Positions 14,629 through 23,406 of a stretch of DNA of 45,066 nucleotides are shown in pieces. A program made the translations under genes and the position numbers. Source of the stretch: Candidatus Methylomirabilota bacterium (GTDB lineage: Bacteria; Methylomirabilota; Methylomirabilia; Rokubacteriales; CSP1-6); contig JBKPAK010000269.1 of the NCBI GenBank assembly GCA_046726415.1, positions 1 to 45,066 of the forward strand. The letters are read 5' to 3'. Positions within the stretch are counted from its first letter, which is position 1. Each line of letters opens with the position of its first letter. Below the pieces are notes generated by a model. It saw only the letters and a list, made by a program, of their open reading frames with translations. It was not told the DNA's origin and made no database searches.

Positions 14629-17598
14629 CTAACCTAGCCGGATCGGCTCCGCCAGGCTGGCCTGGGGAATCACGAGTCGGACCGTTGTTCCTCGCCCGGG
14701 AGCGCTGTCGATCTCGATCTCCCCCCCATGCAAATCCATGATCTTCTTCACGATGGCCATCCCGAGCCCGGTGCCGGTGGGCTTAGTCGTGAAAAACGGC
14801 AGGAAGAGCTTCTCACGGTGCTCCGGGGCGATCCCGCTGCCATTGTCGGCCACCTCCACCACTGCGGCGGCGCCCCGAGGATAGAGGCACACCTCGACTT
14901 TGGGCCCGGGACGCCGCTCGACGGCCTCCAAGGCATTGCGCACGACATTTGTAATGGCTTGCCGAAGGCGCTGCCCATCCACGAGTGCGGCCAGGTCGCG
15001 ATCAAAGCCGCGGGTGATCAGTTCCACGCCTCCTCCGCTCCCCTCTGCCCTGGTGGCCTCGACCACCGAAGTCAGGATGCTCCCCAGCGGATATTCCTGG
15101 CGGTCCAGCCGCGTGTCGCGCGCGTAGTCCAGGAGGTCGGAGATAATCGCGTCGATCTCGGCGATCCCCGACAGAATGGTGTGGGCCATCTCACGCGAGA
15201 TCGCCTCGCCGTCGACGGCGCCCGAGCTGAGCAGCGAGGTAGCCATCTTGATGCCCCCGAGAGGATTGCGGATCTCGTGGGCCACCCCCGCCGCCATCTC
15301 ACCGAGTGACGCCAGTTTCTCCCGCTGGATCATGCGCTGCTGGGTGGCGACCTGCTCGGTGAGATCGCGGAGGACGCCGACCGTGCCCATGACTTCGCGC
15401 TGAGTGTCGAAGACACAGGCGATGGACAGATGCGCGGGGAAACGGTGACCGGCGCGGGTGAACCCGGTCAGCGTGCCGCGCCAGGAGCGCCGCTCGACCA
15501 AGGCGCGCTGGATGGCGGCACCGACGCGCCGGCGCTCCGCGGGGTCCAGAACATCCAGATAGGTCAGTCCGGACGCTTCGACCGCCGACAGACCGAGCAG
15601 TCCTTGGCCGGCCGGATTGATGGTGACCAGCCGGCCGTCAGTGTCGGTGGTGAAGATGCAGTCCTCTACGCTCTGCACCACCGACGCCAGCAGGTGCTCG
15701 CTCGTCTTGAGCGAACGCTGCATGGTCTGGAAGGATTCCACGAGCTCGCGGGCTTCGCCCTTCGAGATGGTGAAGCGATCCTCGATGATGTAGTGGGCGG
15801 CCGCGCCGCCCAGGGAGGCAGCCAGGACGCGTTCGAGCCGGATGCGTAGATCGAGCAGATCGGGCAGGGTCAGCTCGTGAGGCGCTTTCCCAGCCAGCAG
15901 CTCGCGCAAGGTGGCTTCGGCCTCGTCGTGGGGTACGTAGAGGTGGATGAGCCGCTCGATCTCCGAGATCGACAGCGGCGCGACGCGCAGCGGTTCGGCT
16001 TCGACCAGGCCCACGAAGGCGGCCGCCTGGCTGCGCTCCTCTGCATCCTGGCGGGTGAGCGCTGATGCCAGCAGGTAGACCGAGACATTGGCGAACAGCG
16101 ACCAGAAGACACCGTGACTGATCCCGTCAAGGCCGGTGAGTCCGAAGAGGGCGGTGGGCCGGAGCCAGCTGAGACCGAACGGGCCCTCGCCGAGCCACCC
16201 CGACGACAGGACGCCCTCCTTCATGAGGGCGGGAATGATGAGGGTGTAACACCAGAGCGCGAAGCCCACGGAGATCCCCGCCAAGGCGCCCACCCGGGTC
16301 CCTCGGCGCCAGTAGAGTCCAAGAAAGACCGCGGGGGCGCACTGGGCCACGGCAATGAAGGAGAGCAGGCCCATCTCCACCAGCAAAAGGTGCCCGGCCT
16401 CGATCCGCGCCCAGAAGTAGCCGAGCACGACGACCACAAGGATGCCCAGACGGGTCGAGGCCAGGCTGGCCCAGTAGACTTCGGCAAACTGCCCCCGCCG
16501 CAGGATGACCGGCAGGATGATGTCGTTCGAGATCATCTTCGACAGGGCGAGGGAATCGACCACGATCATGGCCGTGGCCGCGGAGAAGCCGCCGAGAAAA
16601 ACGGCCACCGCGACCGCCGGCGCATCGGCGGCCAGAGGCAGGGCCAGGATAAAGCTGTCCGCCGTCGCGGCCTGCCCGGGAAACTTCAGGAGTCCGGCGA
16701 ACGCGATGGGCAGCACGAAGATATTGATCGCGAGCAGATAGAGCGGAAACGCCCACGCCGCGGTGGCCACGTCCCGCTCCCGCGGGTTCTGAACCACGAG
16801 CACGTGGAACTGGCGGGGCAGCAACATCACCGCCAGCATTGACACCAGAAGCATGGCCGTCCAGCGCGCGTACGAGGCCGAAGGCGGTGTCCCCAAGGTG
16901 AGCAGGCTCGACCATTCCGGATGGTCGATAATGCGAGAGAAGATGTCGGCGAAGCCCCCGAAGAGCCCCCAGGTGACGAACCCCCCCACGAGCAGGAACG
17001 CCACCAGCTTCACGATCGACTCCACTGCCACCGCGGACATCAACCCGGTCTGCCCCCGGGTGAAGTCGAGGTTGCGCGCACCGAAGAGGATACCGAAGAG
17101 GGCCAGCATGGCCGCCACCAGGAGAGCGGGGTCGAAGCCGGAGAGGACGGAGTCGCCGCCGATCATCATGGCGAACGACACCGAGACGGCCTTGAGCTGG
17201 AGCGCGATGTAGGGAATCATCCCGCAGACCACCAGCGCCGCCACCAGCGTCCCGAGGGACGCCGACTTCCCGTACCGGCTGGCGATGAAGTCGGAGATCG
17301 TGGTGATTCGCTGCTCTTTGGCCACCCGCACGAGCTTGCGCAACACGGTCGGCCACCAGAGCGCCACGAGAGCCGGCCCGAGGTAGATGGTGAGGAATTC
17401 CAGCCCGCGATTGGCGGCCAGGCCGACACTGCCGTAGAAGGTCCAGGCGGTGCAGTAGACCGACACGGCGAGCACGTACGTCAATGTCTGGAGCCGCGGG
17501 CTCGAGAGTCGCCGCCCAAAGCGCTCGGCCACGGCGGCGACTAGGAAGAGGAAGACGAGGTACCCGATGAGGATAGCCGCGAGCGGTGTGGAGCTCAC
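14629..17598 (-). CDS. SLC5(SSS)-STAC-PAS sensor histidine kinase (CbrA-like), HK2
   Basis: SVYCTAWTFYGSVG, LPRQFH, STAC-like ERVLAASLGGAAA, PAS, AHEIRNPL, NALEA, DNGSGI, PFFTTK, GTGLG. Confidence 0.92.
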   Translation of the reverse strand: MSSTPLAAILIGYLVFLFLVAAVAERFGRRLSSPRLQTLTYVLAVSVYCTAWTFYGSVGLAANRGLEFLTIYLGPALVALWWPTVLRKLVRVAKEQRITTISDFIASRYGKSASLGTLVAALVVCGMIPYIALQLKAVSVSFAMMIGGDSVLSGFDPALLVAAMLALFGILFGARNLDFTRGQTGLMSAVAVESIVKLVAFLLVGGFVTWGLFGGFADIFSRIIDHPEWSSLLTLGTPPSASYARWTAMLLVSMLAVMLLPRQFHVLVVQNPRERDVATAAWAFPLYLLAINIFVLPIAFAGLLKFPGQAATADSFILALPLAADAPAVAVAVFLGGFSAATAMIVVDSLALSKMISNDIILPVILRRGQFAEVYWASLASTRLGILVVVVLGYFWARIEAGHLLLVEMGLLSFIAVAQCAPAVFLGLYWRRGTRVGALAGISVGFALWCYTLIIPALMKEGVLSSGWLGEGPFGLSWLRPTALFGLTGLDGISHGVFWSLFANVSVYLLASALTRQDAEERSQAAAFVGLVEAEPLRVAPLSISEIERLIHLYVPHDEAEATLRELLAGKAPHELTLPDLLDLRIRLERVLAASLGGAAAHYIIEDRFTISKGEARELVESFQTMQRSLKTSEHLLASVVQSVEDCIFTTDTDGRLVTINPAGQGLLGLSAVEASGLTYLDVLDPAERRRVGAAIQRALVERRSWRGTLTGFTRAGHRFPAHLSIACVFDTQREVMGTVGVLRDLTEQVATQQRMIQREKLASLGEMAAGVAHEIRNPLGGIKMATSLLSSGAVDGEAISREMAHTILSGIAEIDAIISDLLDYARDTRLDRQEYPLGSILTSVVEATRAEGSGGGVELITRGFDRDLAALVDGQRLRQAITNVVRNALEAVERRPGPKVEVCLYPRGAAAVVEVADNGSGIAPEHREKLFLPFFTTKPTGTGLGMAIVKKIMDLHGGEIEIDSAPGRGTTVRLVIPQASLAEPIRLG

Positions 17599-17795
17599 GG
17601 CGGATCATCCCCCGCAGAGGAGCGCGCCACCCACCACAGCACGACCACCATGGCGGCCCAGACGACGAACAGGTAGAGGACCAGGGCAGGCACACCCGCC
17701 ACGAGGGCGGGCCGGTTGGGGATCCCGAGGAGCGGCCACACCAGGAGCGCGGCGAATACCACGAAGCAGGCGCCGAGGAGCTCCTTTGCTCTCAC
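17595..17795 (-). CDS. Small 2-TM membrane protein preceding HK2
   Basis: LLVWPLLGIPNRPALVAGVPALVLYLFVVW; GTGA overlap with the HK2 start; similar to 5099..5299. Confidence 0.82.
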   Translation of the reverse strand: MRAKELLGACFVVFAALLVWPLLGIPNRPALVAGVPALVLYLFVVWAAMVVVLWWVARSSAGDDPP

Positions 17796-17819
17796 CGCGT
17801 CCCGCGCGATATCAATTGC

Positions 17820-19238
17820 TTACGTGTGCCGCTTTCGTCGGGCCACTCCCGTCTTCACGGCGGCCTCGGCCACCGCGGAGGCCACCGCGGGCACCACGCG
17901 CGAATCGAACATCGACGGCGTGATGTACTCCTCGCTCAGCTCGCTCTTCGTCACGATGGCGGCCAGGGCGTGGGCAGCGGCCAGCTTCATCTCGTCGTTG
18001 ACCCGCTGCGCGCGCACGTCGAGCATGCCGCGGAAGAACCCGGGGAAGCAGCACGAGTTGTTGATCTGGTTCGGATAGTCCGAACGCCCGGTGGCCATCA
18101 CCCGCACGTGCGGGCCCGCTTCCTCCGGCTGGATCTCCGGTACTGGGTTGGCCATGGCGAAGACGATGGGATCGCGGGCCATCTGCTTGACGTCCTTCAG
18201 GGTCACCACGCCGGGGCCGGAGAGGCCGATGAAGATATCGGCCTTCACCAGCGCATCGCCCGCCGTACCCTTGAGGCGCTGGGGATTCGTGTGCTCGGCG
18301 AACCACTGCTTCATGGAGTTCATGTTCTCGGTGCGGCCGCGATAGAGGGCCCCCGCCCGGTCACAGGCGATGACGTGACGCGCCCCCGCCTTCATGAGAA
18401 GCTTGGCCGTCGCGATGCCGGAGGCTCCCGCCCCCGTGAAGACGATCTTCACGTCGGAGAGCTTCTTCTTGACCAGCTTGAGGGCGTTGGTGAGCGCCCC
18501 CAGCACGACCACCGCCGTGCCGTGCTGATCGTCGTGGAACACTGGAATGTCCAGGTCACGCTGCAGCCGCTCCTCGATCTCGAAGCAGCGCGGCGCCGAG
18601 ATGTCTTCCAGATTGATGCCCCCGAAGACCGGGGCGATGGCCTTCACGATGGCCACGATTTCGTCGACGTCCTTGGTGGCCAGACAGATGGGAAACGCGT
18701 CGACCCCCGCGAAGTCCTTGAAGATGAGGGCCTTACCTTCCATGACCGGCTGCGCCCCGTTGGGGCCGATGTCGCCGAGTCCGAGCACCGCCGACCCGTC
18801 GGTCACCACGGCGACCGTGTTTTGCTTGATGGTCAGGGTGTAGGCCTTTTGCGGATCCTTGTGGATGGCCATGCACACGCGCGCCACGCCGGGCGTGTAG
18901 GCCATGGAGAGATCGTCGCGGGTCTTGACGGAGACCTTGCCGTGCACGCCGATCTTGCCACCGAGGTGCATGAGAAACGTGCGATCCGAGACGTTCACCA
19001 CGGTCACCCCCGGTATGGTGCGGATCCGTTCGGTGACGCGCTCGCCGTGACGCTCGTCGCTCGCCTTGAACGTGATGTCGCGGGTGATGGTGGACGAGCC
19101 GGCCTCGACCAGGTCGACCGCCCCGATGTCGCCACCGGCCTTCCCGATGACGGAGGTCACTTTGCCGAGCATGCCCGGCCGGTTCGCAAAACGTGCGCGA
19201 ACGGTGAGGCTGTAGCTTGCGCTTGGTGCGTTGGCCAT
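17820..19238 (-). CDS. NAD(P)-dependent malic enzyme with N-terminal ACT domain
   Basis: NRPGMLGKV ACT domain; AYTPGVA, VTDGSAVLGLGDIG, PVMEGK, NLEDI, FHDDQHGTA, GAGASG, MANPVPE, TGRSDYPNQINN. Confidence 0.93.
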   Translation of the reverse strand: MANAPSASYSLTVRARFANRPGMLGKVTSVIGKAGGDIGAVDLVEAGSSTITRDITFKASDERHGERVTERIRTIPGVTVVNVSDRTFLMHLGGKIGVHGKVSVKTRDDLSMAYTPGVARVCMAIHKDPQKAYTLTIKQNTVAVVTDGSAVLGLGDIGPNGAQPVMEGKALIFKDFAGVDAFPICLATKDVDEIVAIVKAIAPVFGGINLEDISAPRCFEIEERLQRDLDIPVFHDDQHGTAVVVLGALTNALKLVKKKLSDVKIVFTGAGASGIATAKLLMKAGARHVIACDRAGALYRGRTENMNSMKQWFAEHTNPQRLKGTAGDALVKADIFIGLSGPGVVTLKDVKQMARDPIVFAMANPVPEIQPEEAGPHVRVMATGRSDYPNQINNSCCFPGFFRGMLDVRAQRVNDEMKLAAAHALAAIVTKSELSEEYITPSMFDSRVVPAVASAVAEAAVKTGVARRKRHT

Positions 19239-19394
19239 CCTGCCCTCCTCGTGAATTCCGCGACCTCGTCAGCCTTGTTATGACGCGCCGAGTAACCGGT
19301 GGCGCGAGCGGCCGGTATTCTACTCCCTCGGGAGCCGTTTGCGACACCGGCTCGGCGCGGAGTACGCTCGGGTTAGCCACAGGGAGGATTGCCC

Positions 19395-20483
19395 ATGAGG
19401 GACGTCAAGGCGGCGGATCAGACGGCCTATAGCAGCCGCGACCGGGTGGTGGCGGCCTACAAGCGCTCGTTCGCCGATCGGGTGCCCGTGTATCCGATCG
19501 TGGCCTCGTTCGCCGGTACCCTCGACGGCCTCAGTATCGAGGAGTACTGCACGAACGTACCCAAGGCCATCACGGCCATGCTGAATTACCACGAGCGCTA
19601 TCAGCCCGACGTCGTGCTCGCCTACAACGACCTGGCCAAGGAGGCAGAGGCCTTCGGCTGCCGGGTCAAGTATTCGGACTACGTGGTTCCGTCGATCGAC
19701 GCCCACGTGCTTCACGATGACAAGGGGGCGCTGGCCCGCCTCGCCATGCCCGATCCCTACGCCACGGCGCGCCTGCCCGGGTTCCTCGAGCAGTGCGAGG
19801 CCCTGGTCAAGGCTAAGCTGCCCACGGCGATCGGCGCGGTGGCGGTCGGGCCGTGGACCATCGCCATGCTCCTCCGAAACCCCGAAACCATGCTCCTCGA
19901 TACCTTCGAGGACCCGCAGTTCATCCACGATCTGATGCGGGTGGCCACCCATTTTTGTAAGGCCTGGGGCGAGGCCATCGCCAAGACCGGTATCGGCTTG
20001 AGCTTCTCGGAGCCCACCGCATCCATCAGTCTGATCTCGCCGGACAACTATCGCGACTTCGTGGCGCCGTACCACAAGGAGCTGGTGGAACACTTCAAGG
20101 CCAGGAAGGTGGGCGTCACCACTCACATCTGCGGGACGACGTATCCGATCTACGAGGACCTCATCCAGTGCGGGTTCACCACCGTCTCATTCGATCTCGA
20201 TCAGCAGGCCGACCCCACCCTCTACGTGGATCAGCTCCAGCGCTTCATGGAGGTCTCGCAGGGACGGGCGGTCGCCATCGGCAACGTGGACGCCACGAAG
20301 TTCGAGAAGACGACGAGGGAATCGATGGAGGGGGAGGTGCGGCGCTGCATCGACGCCGCCGCTCGCCACTCCGCGTTCATCCTCTCGACGTCCTGCGAGA
20401 TCCCTCCCCGCTCGGATCCCCAGGCCGTCGACTGGTTCATGCGCGCGGCCCGCGAGTACGGCCGCTACGATCGCATCCTCTAG
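19395..20483 (+). CDS. Uroporphyrinogen-decarboxylase-superfamily methyltransferase (MtaA/CmuA, MT2-like)
   Basis: DRVPVYP, EAEAFG, GPWT, HICG and C-terminal STSCEIP (Zn ligands HxC...C); GGAGG RBS before ATG 19395. Confidence 0.8.
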   Translation: MRDVKAADQTAYSSRDRVVAAYKRSFADRVPVYPIVASFAGTLDGLSIEEYCTNVPKAITAMLNYHERYQPDVVLAYNDLAKEAEAFGCRVKYSDYVVPSIDAHVLHDDKGALARLAMPDPYATARLPGFLEQCEALVKAKLPTAIGAVAVGPWTIAMLLRNPETMLLDTFEDPQFIHDLMRVATHFCKAWGEAIAKTGIGLSFSEPTASISLISPDNYRDFVAPYHKELVEHFKARKVGVTTHICGTTYPIYEDLIQCGFTTVSFDLDQQADPTLYVDQLQRFMEVSQGRAVAIGNVDATKFEKTTRESMEGEVRRCIDAAARHSAFILSTSCEIPPRSDPQAVDWFMRAAREYGRYDRIL

Positions 20484-20635
20484 GGGAGTGCCTCTAGCGC
20501 GAATTACTCGGCGTAGCGGGAATCACTCCGCGCGATTGTGAGCGCCAGGCGGCCGGTGGCCCTGGATGGCTCTGCCGCCGTCCTCGCTCGAAACACGCAA
20601 CTGGAGTCACTGAGCTGGTGCGGATCCAGGCCCAT

Positions 20636-20669
20636 GGAGAGGTCTGGAGGGGGCACGCGGCCCCCTCCG
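20636..20669. repeat. REP-like hairpin, inverted copy of the 14467 element
   Basis: Reverse complement CGGAGGGGGCCGCGTGCCCCCTCCAGACCTCTCC versus TGGAGGGGGCCTGGGCCCCCTCCAGACCTCCCC. Confidence 0.75.
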
Positions 20670-20807
20670 CCACACCCGCGCATCCACGGCACCGCCCGCG
20701 ACGGACGGTCGCGATCGTTCAGCGCGATCCGCCCCGATCGTCGCGATCACATCAGCGCGATCAGCGCCAACATTCGCGATCGCTCGGGAGCGAGCCGCGC
20801 TAGTCGC

Positions 20808-21185
20808 TCACCACTTCACGGGTTTCGAGGGACGGTGGGCGTAGCCGCTCTCGCCGCGACCACCGCCGCCGGGCCCGCGACCACCCGGACGGCCACCGCC
20901 CCCACCAGGCCGGCCGCCGCCGCCCCCTGGCCGGGACGCCTGTGGATTGGAGATCTCCACGGTGATGCGCCGCCCGTCGAGCTCTCGGCCATTGAGCTGG
21001 GAGATCGCGGTCTGCGCCTCCTCGGTGGTGGCCATCTCGACGAAGCCGAAGCCCCGCGACTGGCCGGAAAACCGGTCCGTGATCACTGTGGCCGATTGCA
21101 CATTCCCGCTCTGGGCGAAGAATTCCCGGAGGGTCTCACTGGTCGTGGAATAGGAAAGGCCGCCCACGTAGAGTTTTGCCGCCAT
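20808..21185 (-). CDS. RRM (RNP-1) RNA-binding protein with Gly-rich tail
   Basis: KLYVGGL (RNP2), SRGFGFVEM (RNP1); GAGGAGG RBS before ATG 21185. Confidence 0.95.
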   Translation of the reverse strand: MAAKLYVGGLSYSTTSETLREFFAQSGNVQSATVITDRFSGQSRGFGFVEMATTEEAQTAISQLNGRELDGRRITVEISNPQASRPGGGGGRPGGGGGRPGGRGPGGGGRGESGYAHRPSKPVKW

Positions 21186-21329
21186 GCTGTCTCCTCCTCG
21201 GACCTTTCTTCCGATGCCGTACACGCCCCGCGAACGCGGAAGAGCACATTGGAGGCGAGATCCGACCGAATGTGGCCGATACAGGCAGTGTACACGCGCC
21301 CCGGGCGCCTGCAAGCGACGACCTCCGCG

Positions 21330-21542
21330 CTAACGCGTGAAGCGCACTCCGACCGGCGCGTCCTGCTGCTCGAACTCCACACCGACCGGCAGATCGGCGG
21401 CCTTGGGCTCCGCGGGATAGGTCGCCGGGCGGACGTCGCTCCGGGACAGCAGGCGCTCGCTGATCGCGAGGCCCGACACCTCGAGCAGCGAGAGGGCCAG
21501 AATGCTAATAACGAAAAGGGCGATAATGATCCTGCGCATCAT
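21330..21542 (-). CDS. Small hypothetical exported or membrane-anchored protein
   Basis: MMRRIIIALFVISILALSLLEV signal-like N-terminus; AAAGGAG RBS. Confidence 0.6.
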   Translation of the reverse strand: MMRRIIIALFVISILALSLLEVSGLAISERLLSRSDVRPATYPAEPKAADLPVGVEFEQQDAPVGVRFTR

Positions 21543-21554
21543 CGCCGGCTCCTT

Positions 21555-21911
21555 TCAGCCGACGTCGACCGCCGCCTTCTCGAGCAGATCCTCGACCGCC
21601 AGCGGCCGGGTCAGCGTCTTGAATCCGAGCACCTCGTACGCCACCCTCGCTTCGAGGGCTGCGTCGGGACGGAATACGACCGCCACGGGAACCTGCGGCG
21701 CCACGCGTTCGAAGAGCGTCGCATGCTCGCGCGGCGTGAGGCGCAGCAGGGCCGCGTCCGCCACGATGAGCGACACAGACTCCTGGAGCAGTGCGCGGAC
21801 GCCCTCGCAGAGGTTCTCCGCCATGACCACGCCGACCTCGCGCTCCAGGCACTGGAGCCCGACGCGCTGCATCACGCTTGCGTCTCGATCAATCAACAAT
21901 ATGCGCTTCAT
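21555..21911 (-). CDS. Atypical stand-alone receiver-like protein
   Basis: MKRILLIDRD...SLIVADA...LTRPL receiver-like fold; lacks the conserved Thr/Ser and has Lys->Arg; GAAGGAG RBS. Confidence 0.7.
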   Translation of the reverse strand: MKRILLIDRDASVMQRVGLQCLEREVGVVMAENLCEGVRALLQESVSLIVADAALLRLTPREHATLFERVAPQVPVAVVFRPDAALEARVAYEVLGFKTLTRPLAVEDLLEKAAVDVG

Positions 21912-21957
21912 CGCTTCTCCTTCGATACGAACGGCCACAATCTGTGGATCCACGGGG

Positions 21958-21973
21958 GCAAGGAGAATGCCAA
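21958..21973 (-). promoter_or_regulatory. Sigma54 -24/-12 promoter
   Basis: Minus strand TTGGCATTCTCCTTGC, close to the TGGCAC-N5-TTGC consensus; directly downstream of EBP2. Confidence 0.75.
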
Positions 21974-22053
21974 AGCGCGGGTGGGCGCGAACGCTGATAT
22001 GTCTGAGAGGTTGGGCAGTCGATCTCGAAACGCCTCAGGCAGAACGCCCGAGC

Positions 22054-23406
22054 CTAACGATACTCATCGGGCTTGATGCCATAGGTGTTGACCTTGCGAT
22101 ACAAGGTCTTCGGATCGATGGCCAGGAGGGCAGCCGCCTTCCCGCGATGCCCACCCACCTGGCGCAGCGTGGCGATGATGTGCTGCCGTTCCACGGCCTC
22201 GAGACTGCCGTCGGCCGTCGGGGGCAGCCGGGGGGCCGCGCCGACGATCTCGGGTGGCAGATCCTCCGGCTGGATCTCCTCGCCCTTGGACAGGATGACC
22301 GCGCGCTCGACCGCGTGCAGCAACTCCCGCACGTTGCCGGGCCACCCGTATGCCACGATCGCCGCCAGCGCATCAGCGCCCAGGCGCTTGACGCCGTAGG
22401 CCGCGTGGGTCTCCACGAAATGTCTGGCCAGGAGCGGCACGTCCTCGGGGCGCTCGCGCAATGCGGGGAGTTGGATGGTGATCGTGTTGATCCGGTAGTA
22501 AAGGTCCTGGCGGAATTCTCCCTGCTTCATGGCCTCGGCGAGATCGCGATTCGTTGCTGCCACGAGGCGAACATCCACGCGCTGAGGACGGGTGCCTCCC
22601 ACCCGGAAAAACATCCCGCTCTCCAGCACCCGCAGCAGCCGCACCTGGCTCTCCGGCTCCATTTCCCCGATCTCGTCCAAGAGGAGGGTGCCGCCGTCGG
22701 CCAGTTCGATGAGCCCGGGCTTGGTGCCGACGGCGCCGGTGAAGGCCCCCTTCTCGTGTCCGAACAACTCGGACTCCAGCACTTCCCGCGGCAGCGCTCC
22801 GCAATGGATGGGCACGAAGGCTCGGGACGCCCGCGGCGAATGCTCGTGGATGGCCCGGGCCACCAGCTCTTTGCCGGTCCCGCTCTCGCCCAGGATGAGG
22901 ACGGAGGAGTCCGTGGGCGCCACCCGCTCGACGATCCGGAGGACCTCCTGCATGCGGGCGCTCTGCGTGAGAATGCCCCCGAAGGGTTCGGCCCCGGGCA
23001 GCCGTGAGCGCAGTGCGACGTTGTCGCGCAGAAGCTGTCCTTTCTCCGCCGCTTTGCGGATGATGACGTCCAGCTCCTCGATCTTGGTGGGTTTGGTCAG
23101 GTAGTCGTACGCGCCCAGCTTCATGGCCTCGACCGCCGTCGAAACCTCCTGGAAGCCGGTCATCACGATCACCTGGGGCTGCTCGGGAAACGTCGCCAGC
23201 TCGCGAAGGACCTCGATGCCTTCCTTACGCGGCATCTTCATGTCGAGCACGACCACGTCGTAGGGCACGTCGCGCAACCGCTCGAGGGCAGCCTCGCCGT
23301 CGGCCACGCCATCGACCTGGTGTCCCTTGCGCGCCAGCTCGCGCTGCATCAGCTCGCGCAGATTCTTCTCGTCGTCGGCCACCAGGACGCGGATGGCGCG
23401 GGTCAC
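22054..23406 (-). CDS. Sigma54-dependent response regulator (ZraR/AtoC-like), EBP2
   Basis: Receiver, GESGTGKE, ESELFGHEKGAFTGA, WPGNVREL, Fis-type HTH. Confidence 0.95.
   Translation of the reverse strand: MTRAIRVLVADDEKNLRELMQRELARKGHQVDGVADGEAALERLRDVPYDVVVLDMKMPRKEGIEVLRELATFPEQPQVIVMTGFQEVSTAVEAMKLGAYDYLTKPTKIEELDVIIRKAAEKGQLLRDNVALRSRLPGAEPFGGILTQSARMQEVLRIVERVAPTDSSVLILGESGTGKELVARAIHEHSPRASRAFVPIHCGALPREVLESELFGHEKGAFTGAVGTKPGLIELADGGTLLLDEIGEMEPESQVRLLRVLESGMFFRVGGTRPQRVDVRLVAATNRDLAEAMKQGEFRQDLYYRINTITIQLPALRERPEDVPLLARHFVETHAAYGVKRLGADALAAIVAYGWPGNVRELLHAVERAVILSKGEEIQPEDLPPEIVGAAPRLPPTADGSLEAVERQHIIATLRQVGGHRGKAAALLAIDPKTLYRKVNTYGIKPDEYR

Noticed and set aside
16127-19283. Long same-strand alternative-frame ORFs (16127..17695, 17586..19283; also 33543..35132)
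   Set aside because: Overlap motif-bearing genes and have Arg/Gly/Pro/His-rich off-frame composition
19395-20483. hemE (uroporphyrinogen decarboxylase)
   Set aside because: Lacks the N-terminal RQAGR motif and has MT2-type HxC...C ligands instead
20538-22076. 512-aa plus-strand ORF and other long antisense ORFs (3616..5220, 5641..7179, 21502..23007, 26086..28158, 37596..39047)
   Set aside because: Shadow ORFs opposite well-supported genes in high-GC DNA; no recognisable motifs
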